A stretch of DNA of 64,000 nt from assembly GCA_026770705.1 (NCBI GenBank), contig JANJGN010000026.1, positions 33,356,001 to 33,420,000 on the forward strand. Reading direction: 5' to 3'. This document shows, piece after piece, positions 1 through 13,075 of the stretch. The notes beneath the pieces are model-generated. The model had not been told where the DNA came from. It ran no database searches and saw only the letters and a program-made list of their open reading frames with translations. The DNA comes from Isurus oxyrinchus. Taxonomy: Eukaryota. The translations under genes were made by a program, and so were the position numbers. The number at the start of each line of letters is the position of its first letter. Position 1 is the stretch's first letter.

Positions 1-890
1 CTATATTGCCTCGGGTTTCGAGGAATTGAGATGTAATCTCATTTGAAACATGTAATATGGAAGTCAGGGCAGATTCCCGGTGGATGTTTCCCAAGGCTGG
101 AAAGTCTATAACTATGGGTCAAAGTTTCAGAATAAACATTCGGCCATTAGAACTCAGAAGAGGAGAAGTCAAACCATTGTTGTGAATCTGTACCTCAGAG
201 AGCTTTGGATACTCAGTGCTGACTGTACTTAGGACGGTATTCGATAGATCTTTGGATACTAAAAGAATGAAGGGATATGGGGGCACTGCTGTAATGTGAT
301 TTTGAGGATGGAGATCAGCGACGATGTTATTGAATGGCAGAGCAGGTTTGAAAGGTGCTATAGCAGCCTCTCCATCTCTTTGTTAGGTTCTCTGCTTTGA
401 TTTCTTACATTCCTGAGAAATGCAATCAGCAACAATCCACGTCTCTCTAGAACGATTGAACAGGCTGGGCCACTTTTCATTGTAAAAGAGGAAACCGAGG
501 AGATATCAGAGAAACCTTTTAATTATGAATGTGTTCAATCGGGTGGATGTGGAGCAACTGGTAATTTGAGGCTGAGTCCAGAGCAATAGGAGATTATTAT
601 AAGGTAGCCACTAATTGAAAATAAAAGGCATTAAGAAAAATACATTTGCATGAACACGTGTCAGAATGTGGAACTGGAGGTCACATGGAGTGGCTGGAGC
701 AGAGAGCATTGATAGATTTATGGGAAGACTTCAAATTACAAGAGGAAGAGCGGAATAAACAGGCAGAAGGATGTGGACCGAATTGGTCATTTAGATTTCG
801 GGCAGGAAGGGCTGGTTTGGAGTGTAAACATAGGCATCAATCAATTAGGCCGAATGACCTATTCCTCTTCTGCAGATTGTGTATAATGTA
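1..890 (+). mobile_element. Degenerate CR1-type LINE 3' fragments
   Basis: Similar to the CR1-like 3' ends at 21931-22462 and 26150-26590 (e.g. GATCAGC...ATTGAATGGCAGAGCAGG). Confidence 0.6.
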
Positions 891-1806
891 AAACCTTCGA
901 GAATACTCCGCTCAGAGAACCAGGGACAGAATCAGTCAATGAGCGGAAAGAATTGAAATTGTCAGAGAGCCGGAAGAGACAGCTCCCAGTGAGTAACAGG
1001 GAAACCACTGCGGAAACTGAACAGACTGATCCCAACCGACAACTGAGAGAGATTGGGACAAGTTCCCACGATTGCAAAAAGCGCAAACAGCACATTAACG
1101 TAAAATAAAGTGAGAGTAACTGTAAATATTTCAAATTAAAAGGACACGGAGAAATTTGGGCCCTCATGTTAGATGAATATAGAGAAACAGATCAAAAAGT
1201 TGATTGAAACTCCCGAGCAGTGGTCAACTCCAGCAAATGATTAACCTTTGACCACCTATGTTCACTATCGGTTTGGCCCAATCAGTGCTGATGAATCTCA
1301 TCAAGTTATTATGGATCTTGCTTTGATGCTACACAGTTCGGTTAGTCTCGGGCAATCATTTTGGAAACTGATTGCTTCGCTGATAATAAAATGTTCCTTC
1401 TGGAAAAATAGAAACAGAAATGTAATATTCATTACATGCTGCACTGCAGTTGAAATCCGGTCCATCTTGTCGGTGCTGCCCCTCTAAAAATGCAACCCAA
1501 TTATCCCCACTACTCTCTTTCCCCGTAGCCCTGTGTTTTTCCATGTTCCAACATACATCCATTACTCGTTTGGAAACACCCTTAACCAATTTCACCGTCT
1601 GTTCAGACAATGCATGCCAAATAGTAAGAACTCGCTCTGAAACACAAAATAACACCTCATCCTTTCACTGCTTCATATTTCAATAACAGTGAATGAAGTT
1701 AAAGCATGTTATAAATTAAACAAACTCACCCAAAACCAGAGCATCTACTGCGATTAACAAGTTTCCCAGTCTCTAAATAGATTAAGATCAAATTTTTCTC
1801 CTGCAG

Positions 1807-2112
1807 ATTCCAGTTCCATTGTATCCCAGAATCCGCCTGTCCAAACCTCTGCTGTGGGTGACACCGTTACTTTAAGCTGTGAGTATTCAGGTGTCTGTCA
1901 GTACACAGTACACTGGTACCGTCAGTCCCCAGGACAGGCTCCGGATTACTTGCTTCAGAGACATGCTTCAGGAGAAGAGGATAAAGAAAACACTGTTGGG
2001 GGGAGAAGTGCTGCTTCTATCGATCCTGCCGAGAAAATCAGCCGGTTAAATATCTCCAAACTACAACTGAGCGATTCCGCTGGGTATTACTGTGCACTGA
2101 GTCAGCGCACAG
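1807..2112 (+). CDS. TRDV: Leaderless 'supporting' TCR-delta V gene segment of NAR-TCR type, copy 1 (open frame)
   Basis: Acceptor TTTTTCTCCTGCAG ends at 1806 (phase 1). Translation DSSSIVSQNPPVQTSAVGDTVTLSCEYSGVCQYTVHWYRQSPGQAP...LQLSDSAGYYCALSQRT has the canonical C/W/YYC plus an extra CDR1 Cys. No leader exon seen in 1-1806. Followed by a perfect 23-RSS. Confidence 0.9.
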
Positions 2113-2151
2113 CACAGTGATACAGAGCACGGAGGGTGCCATACAAAAACC
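2113..2151 (+). other. 23-RSS (recombination signal sequence)
   Basis: CACAGTG + 23 nt + ACAAAAACC, both consensus. Confidence 0.97.
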
Positions 2152-2170
2152 TGAACATGGAGGGATTAGA

Positions 2171-2209
2171 CACAGTGATAAAGAGCAGGGAGAGAGCTGT
2201 ACAAAACCT
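2171..2209 (+). other. Second tandem 23-RSS
   Basis: CACAGTG + 23 nt + ACAAAACCT; 58-bp tandem duplicate of the first RSS. Confidence 0.85.
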
Positions 2210-4639
2210 GAACATGGTGGGATAACAGACATACGATGACACAGAGTGCAGGGATATTGGGAACTCAAACATTATTCACGAACATTTTCTCAAAGGTTGT
2301 CCGCATTTTACCGCACAGGATAAAGTGCTTAAACTGATCAGGTCTGCATTTCCTTCTCGCTCCTCCCACCCTTGAATTTTCCTCTCTGCCCAATGCTCCT
2401 GTGAATATACTTCATGAAATTATTTCACATTCTCACACTCCATTATTTCCCATGAATCGGTATTTTACCGATTCATAATAACTCAAGTGAGTTTATTGCC
2501 ACCTTTTTCTACGGGGACCGGGAGATTTTTTTCTCTCTCTTGTTTGGTCCAGTCCGCCTTTTACCGATTGAGTTGATAAGAAGTCACCGCCTCCTGTGAT
2601 TTCCCGGATTCTGCCTACGATCGGCTGAGAGATTCTCTCAACTCAACAGGACATTTACTGTCTGTTGGAACCGAAAACTGGGGCACCTCTCGACTAGAAA
2701 GGATTTAGATCCAGACATGTAAGATAGCATTTCCCACAATTGAGCGTAGCTGGGAGTGGCCTCTATCTGTGACACGGACCGCTCTGCACTCGGGACAAAC
2801 GGGCCACACATGCGGACCGGAACAACACAGCCTCTTACAATCGGCCTGTTCTATTTTAATCAACCGCCGCAGCCGCGCAGCGGGTTACCGGCCTCAAACA
2901 TGACCGAAATCAAGTTTTATGATGCTGATCAATGATTTCCCCATAATGGATGACGTCAAAATGCCTTCTATCAGTCACAGCCCATGTTTCACCCAATCAA
3001 CCAGGGCCAGGGGGTCGGGGACCCGTGTGTGGGGGAACAGCCGGGAGTGGGGCGCCTCCAGCTCAGCTGATAGCCTGGGCATAAGAATGGAGGCTATTTG
3101 ACTAAAGGATGTAATCAGGAGCGAAATGGTGCTGGGCAAATAAATTACAACTGTTTCAAAGTCTGGATTTAGCTCAGTTTAGGGCCCCATTGTTCATAAT
3201 TGATATTAGAACATGCCTGGAGGCCGGATGTTACGTCACTATCCGTGTTCTCCTCTGTCTCCCCTGAGCAATTAGAGCTGCTCCGTCTGGTCTCACTACC
3301 TTCTCCCATTCCTCACTTAGATCAAGGGGGCGCTAATAAGATGATTTTGACCAGGTTCTCTCTTTCACCTGGTGACTCCTGTAAAGGGTACAAAGATATG
3401 AAGTCGAGGTAACTCTTTTTAGGCGAGGCCCCCAGAAGAAGTCCAGAATAAGCGTTGTCCACAAGTTGTTCATGCCCTGACAAGGTGTCTCAGGGAGTCT
3501 CCCAATGTGGTTCACTTCACAGGTGCAGCAACAATGAGCATGAAAGGGTGACCCCCTGTCAGTGGCGAGCGTCCCTTTAAACTGCGTTTGCAATTAACAC
3601 CAAGATCGTGTTTTTTCCCCATCACCTGGACTCTGTTGGAGAGTGCTTTACTTGAAGCATTTGCACCAACCGCTGTGCAGCATCTTTAAGTAAAGCGAGC
3701 AGGCATTTTTGCAGCCTCACTGCGGCTCCCAGCTCTGACTTCAACTTCTTTATCGACATTACCTCGTGACCCCGAGTTCCATTACCTCAGTTTGGGGAAA
3801 CTTCCACCCAGTATCTGCCCTGTAAAGCCCCTGAAGAATACTATTTGTGTTCATGAGATCACCTCTCATCCTCTTAAACTCTAGGGATTATAGGCCCGGG
3901 CTACTCAATCTCTTCCCATTGGACAATCCATTCATCTCAGGAATCACCCTGATGCACCTTTGCTGCACTCCTTCCAAATCATCTTGATCTCTCTTCTGTA
4001 AGGACACCAAAACTTTACACAGTATTTCAGACTGGAGTCCATTTCAGTCCTCTCCTGCATAAAACTCACCCAACATCCTGGGGTCGGATTGCACTTTGAA
4101 AGGCGGCTAGAGATCATCCAATCCTTTTCTCCCTTTGGACGAGCTATTTCTTGCTGGTTGTCAATGAACATGCCACCAGTTTCTAATTGTTCCCTTATGT
4201 TCATGTTCTCCTTTATAAGATTAATGCATCATCCTTATTCTCTCACTGCACTATGTTGTTTCCATTAACATTAATCAGGGATACAGATAAATTACAGCAA
4301 TCCCAACTCTCAACATCTGCTTTAAAATAGAGAGAAGTGTCTGCAGTTCCAAACTTTCACGTTTCAGCCTGAGGGCTGAAAAGGAGGAGAGTGATTGGTT
4401 CTACGAAGACAATTGAAAGATATGGCGGGGACAATGTCGCTAATTTCAGTCATTGATTGTCCAATAATAAAATTCCATATTTACCCACATCAGGATCACT
4501 TATATCTGAAGTCCGTTGTGTCACTCTCCCGTTTTTCTCCCGGGTCAGGTATTGAACAAGCCACTGCAGGTATCCAAACTTGCCGCAGTTGTGTTGAGTT
4601 TATTCACCTGGTGCCTCATTCCCATTGTACGGCTTGAGA

Positions 4640-4950
4640 GACTTGCAGCGGTTAACCGTTTACACTGTTCAGTTTCTGAATTCCAAACAGAACGGTTAAA
4701 CGAGTGGTTTCTGCAGTGCGGCCGCCGACAGCTCGAAGACCGTTGATCAGCGGAACCGGTTTTAGTCACGTTGAAATCACACAATGGGACAAAATTAAAA
4801 CACAATTTGCTGGAATTCAGAAATTGAACCGGATTTTATAGAATGAGCTGTTGGCTCTCTCTCTCTCTCTCTCTCTTTGCCTGTCTATTTCTCCCTGCCT
4901 CTATAACTTTCCTTCTTTCCCTGTCTCTGTCTGGGCCTCTCTCCCTTTGT
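4640..4950 (+). repeat. ~300-bp local duplication (second copy ~9205-9510, third ~62632-62935), rich in AACNG motifs
   Basis: Shared TTAACCGTT...CACAATGGGACAAAATTAAAACACAATTTGCTGGAA...TTTTATAGAATGAGC. Confidence 0.85.
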
Positions 4951-5100
4951 CTATTGCATTCTCCTTCCCTTTCTAAATTTCTGTCTTTGTTGTTGTGTCT
5001 CTCAGTTGTCTCTCGCAATCTCTCTCTCTCTCTCTCCCTCTCTCTCTCCCTCTCTCCCTCTTTCTCTCTCACCCCCTCCCGTCTCTCTCGCACACACACT
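4855..5100. repeat. CT-rich microsatellite / low-complexity sequence
   Basis: (CT)n runs. Confidence 0.9.
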
Positions 5101-8100
5101 TTCTGCTCTCTGCGTCAATCTTTGTCTCCATCCTGTGACTCTTTCTGAGTGCCTCGGCATATTTTCCTCCTTTTCTCTCCCTCATCTCTCACTTTCTCTC
5201 TTTCATTCTACTTTCCTTGGCTTTCATGCTCTACTTTCATTGGTTCCAATCGAAAGTGTCACTTTTCCCTTTTTTGTTCAGAATCCGAAATATTCGCAAA
5301 CTTGACTTTCTGTCAATAAAACGTATTAACTTTGGATGCAAATTTACAGCCGGAAAGCGTCGGTTTCTGATTCTGGTGCTGTCAGAGGTGAAGATTCAGT
5401 GTTCACAAAATGAACTCCCACCATTCAGGTTATATGGCAGCCTAGCGATATTTTCCGTACAGTGCCTATATCGGTTTGTATCACTGAATATTCAGCACAC
5501 AATAAAACATCCCACTGTCACTCAGTTCTACATCTTTCAGGATTAAACTGAAAAAATGATCTGATACCCGGAGTGTTGAATAGATTCGGCCGCCCACACG
5601 CTCTGCTTACTGCCCTCCCTCTGAATTCATTTTGATTTTCAGTGTCAGCGCCTTCTCGTTTCTTTTGTGCCAGAAAAGATCATATCGGCGGCGACCTGTG
5701 GAGCTTCAACAGGGCAATACCATTCATCCTTTCTCCAAACATGATACTGATGATGCAGGTTGCTTAATTGTATTTGAATAGTACAGACTTTCGAATAGTC
5801 AATGAACAGAAGACAAATGGATGTTTAGATACTGGAGGCAACAATAAATCCTCGTTCCTTTCCTTCATCGCACCAACATTGTATGAGGCCATTCAGCTCA
5901 TCGTGTCAGTGTAGCCTCTTTGGCAGAGGCACCAAATTGTTCGCACTTCACTGTTCACCCTGCTTTGTCTTGCAAAGGTTTCCATTTCAAGTAGTTACCC
6001 AATTATGTTTTTGACATTTGTTATTGAAACTGCTTCCACCAACCTATCCGGCAGTGCATTCCACAACTCAACAACTTAGAGTGCAAATAAATGGCTGCTC
6101 AGGTTGCCTTTGATTCTTTTGCGAATTAATTCAAATCCAAGTTCCCTGATTACCGAGATTTCCGCCGGTGGATGCAACTTCCCTTATTTATTCAAATAAA
6201 ACAGTTCATAATTGTTAATATCTCCATCGCATGTCCTCTCAATCGTTTCTGTTCAACACAGAACAACCGCAGATTCTCAAGTCGCTCCACAAAGCTAAAG
6301 CCTCTCATCAGTTGAAGCTTCCTAATAAATCTCTCCCGCACCTTCTGCAAGACCGTCAAATCATTCATCAGGTGTGGTTCACATATTTATACACAACAGT
6401 CCAACTGAGAACTTAACAGCTTTCTAGAAATGTTTAGCAAAGCATCCTAATCCTATTGATAAAATCAAGAATTTAAATTCATTTTTACAGCAGTCCCAGC
6501 CTCCACTACCAACTTCAAACGTTTGTGCACTTTGCAAAGTCTCCATCTCTCTGTTCCGACAGCGCCAATGAACTTGCATCATTATGTTCATATCGGATAT
6601 CCTCATCACCTTCAGGCATGAAGAAAGTCAAACAGATAGGTGAGCAAAAAGTATCTGGAGAGGTGCAGAAGGGCTAACTGCAAGATACAGAACCATATGT
6701 AGATAACTGTTGAATACCTTTGACAGAATGCACATCACTTAACTTGCTGGGATTGGGGGGTCTGGTGGTTGGGGGTTCCAAACAATTACATATTGTGTGG
6801 AGTCAGGATGTCACATCGGAAAGACAGGGATAGTTTTTTTTGTACGGGCCTCTCGTTGTCTGGTGACGTTCTGTTTCCTAGAACCTAGCTATCCACAGTG
6901 CTGTCAGACAACTTCGCCTAGTGAATGGTTAAATGGACCGTTCTTGCAGCTTTATGTAAGGTAGCACATATCACATGCTTCCCAAAGATGTTTGTTATGA
7001 CTTGGCAGGCCTGGATGTGTGCCAGACGGACCAAACCCACAAGGGAAACTTGGCCACGTTATCACAGTTTTGCAATTTGTTTTTATTCCGAGAAGTTTTG
7101 TGCACTGAATTCAGAAGTAATGAGCCTACTGGAACCTTTAGAGATTTTTTAAAAACCATATTTAAACATATATTAACAACAGGAAATATTTCAAACACAC
7201 ACACATACGTTTAGAGTTGCTGAGTACTATAACAAATATCAAACTTCCTAATTTACCTGATTTCAACCTGCACACACCTATTGGGGAAATATTCTAAAAT
7301 AGATTTTAAATTAAAATAAATACAAGCAAGCAAGGTTAGCAAAGGACACACTCGACAGCAGAATTCCAAAGGCTTTTACCCAACTTTAGCTCCTCGACAC
7401 AGTTGACGTTTGCTCACATGGTTAGAGGCTTCCCCAAGGCTATTTCACACACTCCTGATGGATCTTACATACTTCCTGAAACACGGGCCCCATTACCTCA
7501 GTGGGTTGAATGATTGTGAATATCGGTGTCAAGCAGATGAAAGGCAGCATGTTATCAGATTAAGAAACACACCAGCAACAGAGGCTCAGGCCCACAGCAA
7601 AAACTTCATAAATCCTGAACAATATGGTATTGGGCACAATCCACCCTCCGAGTGAACAGTGGAGTTACATGAGTCAGCCGCCTGAAAAATTCAAAGGAAT
7701 TTAAATCTCTGCGATCCATGTGTGGAAATGGCAGCTTCGATGACAGGCTGACAGGTTGTTCGACATATGTCAATTTCCATTACCCCCCGAATCAACATCA
7801 CTGAAGCAGATCACCAGGTCATTATCACCTTGTTCTTTGTGGGAGCTTGAGGTGGTAAATTGCCTGCCATGTTTCCCACATAAAGACACTCCAAAGCCTT
7901 CTTTGGTTGTAAAGTGCTTTTTAAAGTTCTGATGTCATGAAAGGCACTGTATAAATACATGTTCTTCTTTCCTTATTGTTCTTGAGAGGCATTTTGAGAA
8001 TCAGAGCCAGAAGATGGGGTTGAGTTCTTTATACTAAGTGCAGTGTTAAACGTTACAATAAAACTCACCATCTGGACTCTCTCTCCCTCTGTATTTTACT

Positions 8101-9544
8101 CTCTTTGTGTATCTTTGTGTCACTCTCTAGCTCTTTATTTCCATAACTCTATCTCTGAATTGTTGGGTGTCTTGAAGGAAGTTGAAGAAAGAAATATGCA
8201 GACAAATTAAGGAATTTAGTAACAAACAGATTAATAATAATGGGGCTTGCGCAATGTAGTATTACGTCAGTAGAAGAAGTATGTAAAGGGGCTAAGGGAA
8301 TTGAGTTCCCACAATGTGCACTGTTGTCTTTATAAAGCAAAATGCAAATAAAAAAGGAAGGCAAGGTAACGGCGAATGAAACTGATCAAGGTGAGAAGTA
8401 AAAGCAGTGGAGCATCTAGGCATTGATGACTTTAACAAAATATGCTCCAAGATGAGGATAGGGATTAATAAAATTTTGAGGGAAACCAACTAACCATCTG
8501 GTTGATTGAACGCTAGGCAATTCCAGTGAAGCGGGATGGTCGAGTGATTGAGGTAATGGGCATAAAATAGAATAAATGAATGCTCACGTGCAATTGAACT
8601 CCATTCCTGGGAGTTTGTTTATCAGTGCTGCTCCTACTTTTGTTGATTAAAGAAAATGGAGGTAAGGTACTGAAGTTGATGGACAGAGCAACAATTCTCT
8701 TAGTAAATGCGGAGCAAGCTCGAGGTGCTGAATAGCCTCCTTCTGTTCGTGTACGGAAATATTATGTCTCCAGATGCAGAGGTTAAGTTTGTCCCAGGGA
8801 GAGAGATGCAGAGAGGGGGACCGAAAAATAGAATGTTGGGCTGACAGGGAAATAACAAGCAATTTATTTAAAGCAAAAAGAAATTTTGGCACAGTGTTTG
8901 ACAATGACAGATAAGTTCAGGGGTTTAAAAGACGCTCTTGGAAAGTCAGTTGTTGAAGACGATTGGGATTTAATTGGGGCAACTGAAGGCAATTGGGATT
9001 AGAACCATTAAATACTGTAGTGATAAACAAAACAATGTTGTAGAATTGGCGGGTATATCACCTCCTCGTATTTCTGTCTTACATCTCCCCATCTTTTAGC
9101 AGATTAATAAAAACAACTAATAAATAGTGGAGGTGAGTGGGGATGTTAGAGACTACCGCTCTGAACTACCACATTTTCTAACCACCTAGCCTCAATGCCT
9201 GAGGGACGTGCAGCTGTTAACCGTTCTCACTGTTCAGTTTCCCCAGTTCTAAACAGCAGTTAAACGACCGGTTTCTGTACTGCGGTCGCTGACAGTTCGA
9301 TGTCCGTTGCTCAGCAGAACCGGATTTAGTCAGACTGAAATTGCACAATGGGACAAAATTAAAACACAATTTGCTGGAAATCAGAAATTGAACCGAAGGA
9401 TTTTATAGAATGAGCGGCGGGCTCTCTCTCTCTCTCTTTGACTGTCTCTGTTTCGCCCTGCCTCTATATCTTTCTGTCTCTGTCCTCGTCTGCCCCTCTC
9501 TCCCTTAGACTAACAGTTGCGTCAAATCTGGGTGTGATTTACAG

Positions 9545-9775
9545 GGACATTATAGAGGGAGCTTTACTCTGGATCTAACCCCGTGCTGTACCTGTCCTGG
9601 GGGTATTTGATGGGGACAGTATGCAGGAAGCTTTACTCTGTATCTAACCCCGTGCTTTACCTGCTCTGGGAGTGTTTGATGTGGATGTTATAGGGGAAGC
9701 TTTATTCTGTATCTTTCCCCGTGCTGCATCTGCCCTGGCCTTCCTTTTGACAACGTAGAGGGAGCTTTACTTTGA
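9545..9775 (+). repeat. ~69-bp minisatellite (AGAGGGAGCTTTACTCTGTATCTAACCCCGTGCTGTACCTG...); degenerate copy ~33200-33410
   Basis: 3-4 tandem units visible. Confidence 0.85.
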
Positions 9776-11021
9776 GAGGGAATGAAATAGAGAAAGGACG
9801 CGCAGAGAGAGGACGAGAGAGAGATCGGGAGAATTAACTTTTCATATGCAACTTTAAAAATTATATTATTGTTCTAAAATGAGTTGGTTTTGTAGTTAAA
9901 CCGACTGTCTTTTTTTTCCAGAGCTGTTTGGCCGGACATTCAGAAACACAAGATCGTTTTTAAGAAATTGCTTTTTTACTGAAATAATCCTTTTCGGTTC
10001 AATCAAAGAAGTTCCTCGGGGTTATTTTCCTGTCGAACTTTTTAGCTTTTGATCTTTTATGCGCCCTGGCATTTGAAAACCAACTGCTAACTGAATCCTA
10101 ACGGAAAGTTTTCTGCTCGTGTTTGCACCGACTGTATTACGTTCAATGTTACCGTGCATAACTTCGTTTCATCTAGTATGTTTCACTTTCAGTTAGGTTT
10201 AAACATCATTGCGTCAGATAGCTTGGAAATTGAAAATAAGATGATTTTGAAAATAACTTGATTTCTTTCACTATGTTGTCTGCTATGTTCCATTCTATTG
10301 CAGTTTTAGCTCCTTACTTTGCTCAGGAGTATTATAACAAATTATACACATCTTGTGAAATTTATCAATCGGTTTACTTCGTCTGTTTCTCTCTGTCTAA
10401 CTTCATTGGATTCCATGGATATGTTTTGTCCAAGTAGAGATTAACACCATATCTCAGCAACTGTAATTTTTGATGATTCATATTTGGCACTAATTCCGAT
10501 GTGTCAATGAAGAGAAAATGTCCACTAAATGGAAGCAACATCCTGTGCAGTGGGGAATTTGTAATCAACATGAGAGATAAGAGTGACTGATGATTTAGTA
10601 GAAGTGCCAGCGAGATTTGATTTAATCACACGACACTTTTAAATGCTGCATTAAGAGGGCAGCAAAGAGACCAAATATATCAGGGAATATATGAATACAG
10701 CCAGAAGTTGCTTCCCAACACGAATTACCTTGCTAGGCCATTCTAGAGGGCACTTAAAGCTCAACTACATGGCTGGGGCTGTGGAGTCACATGCAGGCCA
10801 GACCACGTAAGGACTGCAGGTTCCCTTCTCGAAAGGACATTAGAGAATCAGATTTTTTATGACAATAGATGATCGCCATTGGGACTAAGCTGTTTTCAAT
10901 TCGAGATTGGTTTTATTAATTAATTGAACAGATTCAATTCCACTAGTTGCTGTGGGGGGCCGGGGCGGGGGGTAGGGGGGGTGGTGGGGAGATTGAACCC
11001 AGTCTCCACATCAGCACCGCC

Positions 11022-11539
11022 TGAGAGTTGGAGAAGTTTTGTAAAGCGGGGAGAGCAGAATAGAATCAGGAGGATAACAATCCTGGAAATATTGCACCAC
11101 ATCATAAAGTAGTCACGATGTAATACAACGCAGTCAACATCTGTAAGTGACAGACACCGGCAGGTCAACGCGTTCCTAAGTGACCTAAGGCCTTACAGGG
11201 ACCAGTGACATTGCCGCTACCCCACCGTCTTGCGTAACTGCTAAGATAAAGTGGCAATTATGTACTCGCATTGCCGTGAACTTCACTACAGTGCCATGGT
11301 CCAACAATGGTGATGAAAAATAATGAAAACCATTTAATAAAGCAGAGATCAATTAGAGAAGTCTAAGAACTCTTTGTCGCTCAGATAACTTAGGAACGCG
11401 TGGACTTGCTGATGTTGCTCACTTTCAGATGTTGACTTGTATTACATTGTGACTACATTATGATGTGATGCAATATTTCCAGGAATATTGACCTATTTTA
11501 TTCTGTTCTCCCCGCTTTACAAAACTTCTCCAACTCTCA
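11022..11539. mobile_element. MITE-like element with ~130-bp terminal inverted repeats
   Basis: 11022 TGAGAGTTGGAGAAGTTTTGTAAAGCGGGGAGA... is the reverse complement of ...TCTCCCCGCTTTACAAAACTTCTCCAACTCTCA 11539; no target-site duplication (TSD) seen. Confidence 0.7.
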
Positions 11540-12169
11540 CATGGAGCTAGCACACATATGGTTTGAAAAATGATAATAACTGAAAATATTGAGATTAATA
11601 CTGCCATGTTCCCTATTTCCTAACAAGCTCTTGGTAGAAACATTTGCTCAAGTTTACAAACCGCCAGAAGAATTCGCTGGAATGCATATATTTCACTGTG
11701 GATTTTTTTTTCTGACTGGTATAACTGCCATCCTGCGGTTTTTGTTTTTCAGCTCAAAAAATAAACTAGGTCATCAAAACCCTGTTGTCTCAGATATAGA
11801 TAAAGGGAAGATGGAGGAGAGCAGATTAATGAGTCAAATTATCAGAAAAGTGAAGGCGAGCTGTTTTAAATCCTGTCCAATATTCTTAGTGTGGGAGTAG
11901 AGAGCCTTTTGAGGGGCTGCGCTCAATAACTGTTCGTGGATTGGTGCACAGAATATCCCATTTGCTTACGCAGCGCCGCAAAGGCCAGTCCTGAGGCCAA
12001 GTCGAGTTACATACACCATTTGTACCAGTGTTGGGTGAAAAAGAGAAAAAGATGTGGACAGGCCCACAAGTTGCTATAATTAATTTACTATTTCCATCAA
12101 CAATTACAGAAATCAAAGGACGGCCCAGTCCATCCAGACTGCCCCGTCGTAGGAATTAAGTAAATTGGA

Positions 12170-12550
12170 ATTGCAGTCACTATGGTAATGTAGGAAATGG
12201 TCAAATTATGCATAGCAAGCTCCCACAAAGAGCAGTGTGATCATTTGTTTCACTGATATCGTTTGAGGTTTAAATGCACAGGAGATTTGACCAGCTCTTT
12301 TGTGCAATAAGTGGTGGGGTGTTTAAGGTCCTCCTCGGGGAGGAGGGCGGGAGTGCGTGAGAGGCGGAATTTCCATTTAATAGCTCATCCGAAAAATGCC
12401 ACCACGGACATTGCAGCACTCCCTTCAAACTGGCAGGAGAAGTGTCAGCCTGAGTTATGTGCTCACGCCTCCAGAGTGGGGCCTGAACACACACATTTCT
12501 GATAGAGAAGCAGAGTTGTGAGATGGAACAGTTAAACTGAGCCGCGGATA
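12170..12550 (-). mobile_element. Degenerate SINE-like shark repeat (related copy ~35950-36320)
   Basis: Shared TGTAATGTAGGAAA...GCAAG(C/A)TCCCACAAA...CTCA(T/C)CC(G/A)GAAA motifs. Confidence 0.5.
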
Positions 12551-12604
12551 GCACTTACCCACAAAGGGTGGGTTTCTTTGAGCTGGTAGTTCTACATCAC
12601 TGCG

Positions 12605-13075
12605 GGGTTTTTTACAGCGACAGATGAGTTTTAAACCAGTGTGTTGCGGCTGTGTCCTGGATTTCCGCTCAAGTGATCGTTAGAGGAAACTTCTTTCCTT
12701 CGTTAGTCTGACCCGCCTCGGATATCCCTTTGGTAAAATCTGCATCTCTTTTACTGCTTCTATCTCGATACAAAATAAAATCGGAACCTGATTCGTGTGC
12801 TGTCTGTACCAGTACAGGCCGGGATTACTATGATTTGTTGTGTAGCTACAGTCTATTTTCTTGCTGTCTCCTTCAGTAACATGCAGTGTGGTCTGAGGTT
12901 GGGACACAGAATCTGCCTGAATCAAACCTGAAATAAAACGTAACGAAAAACGAATGCAATACTGAGTTTAAAAGTCTATTAACATCACATAACTGCAAAC
13001 GGATAAAATGATGTGGCTGCACCTACCGAACATCAGCCACAATAAAATCAGATGACGATGTGGCATAAGCCACAT
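12605..13075 (-). pseudogene. TCR alpha/delta V pseudogene
   Basis: Leader MWLMPHRHLILLWLMF (13075-13027, GTAGGT donor). V exon from 12927 reads LIQADSVSQPQTTLHVTEGDSKKIDCSY...LYWYRQ, then frameshifts and a stop; YYC is deleted. RSS CACACTG-23-AAAAAACCC. Confidence 0.9.

Larger units (their letters stand above)
1..6014 (+). repeat. Segmental duplication, copy A (matches 57992-64000)
   Basis: Colinear, near-identical sequence at offset ~57,990; the ORF track repeats (e.g. 646/58637, 1854/59846, 5217/63203). Confidence 0.98.

Noticed and set aside
2152-2170. D segment between the tandem RSSs
   Set aside because: Both RSSs face the same way; there is no 5' RSS in D orientation.
4836-5305. ER/SL-rich ORFs (also 48270-48772, 55476-56076, 62828-63291)
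   Set aside because: Translations of CT, GT and TA microsatellites.
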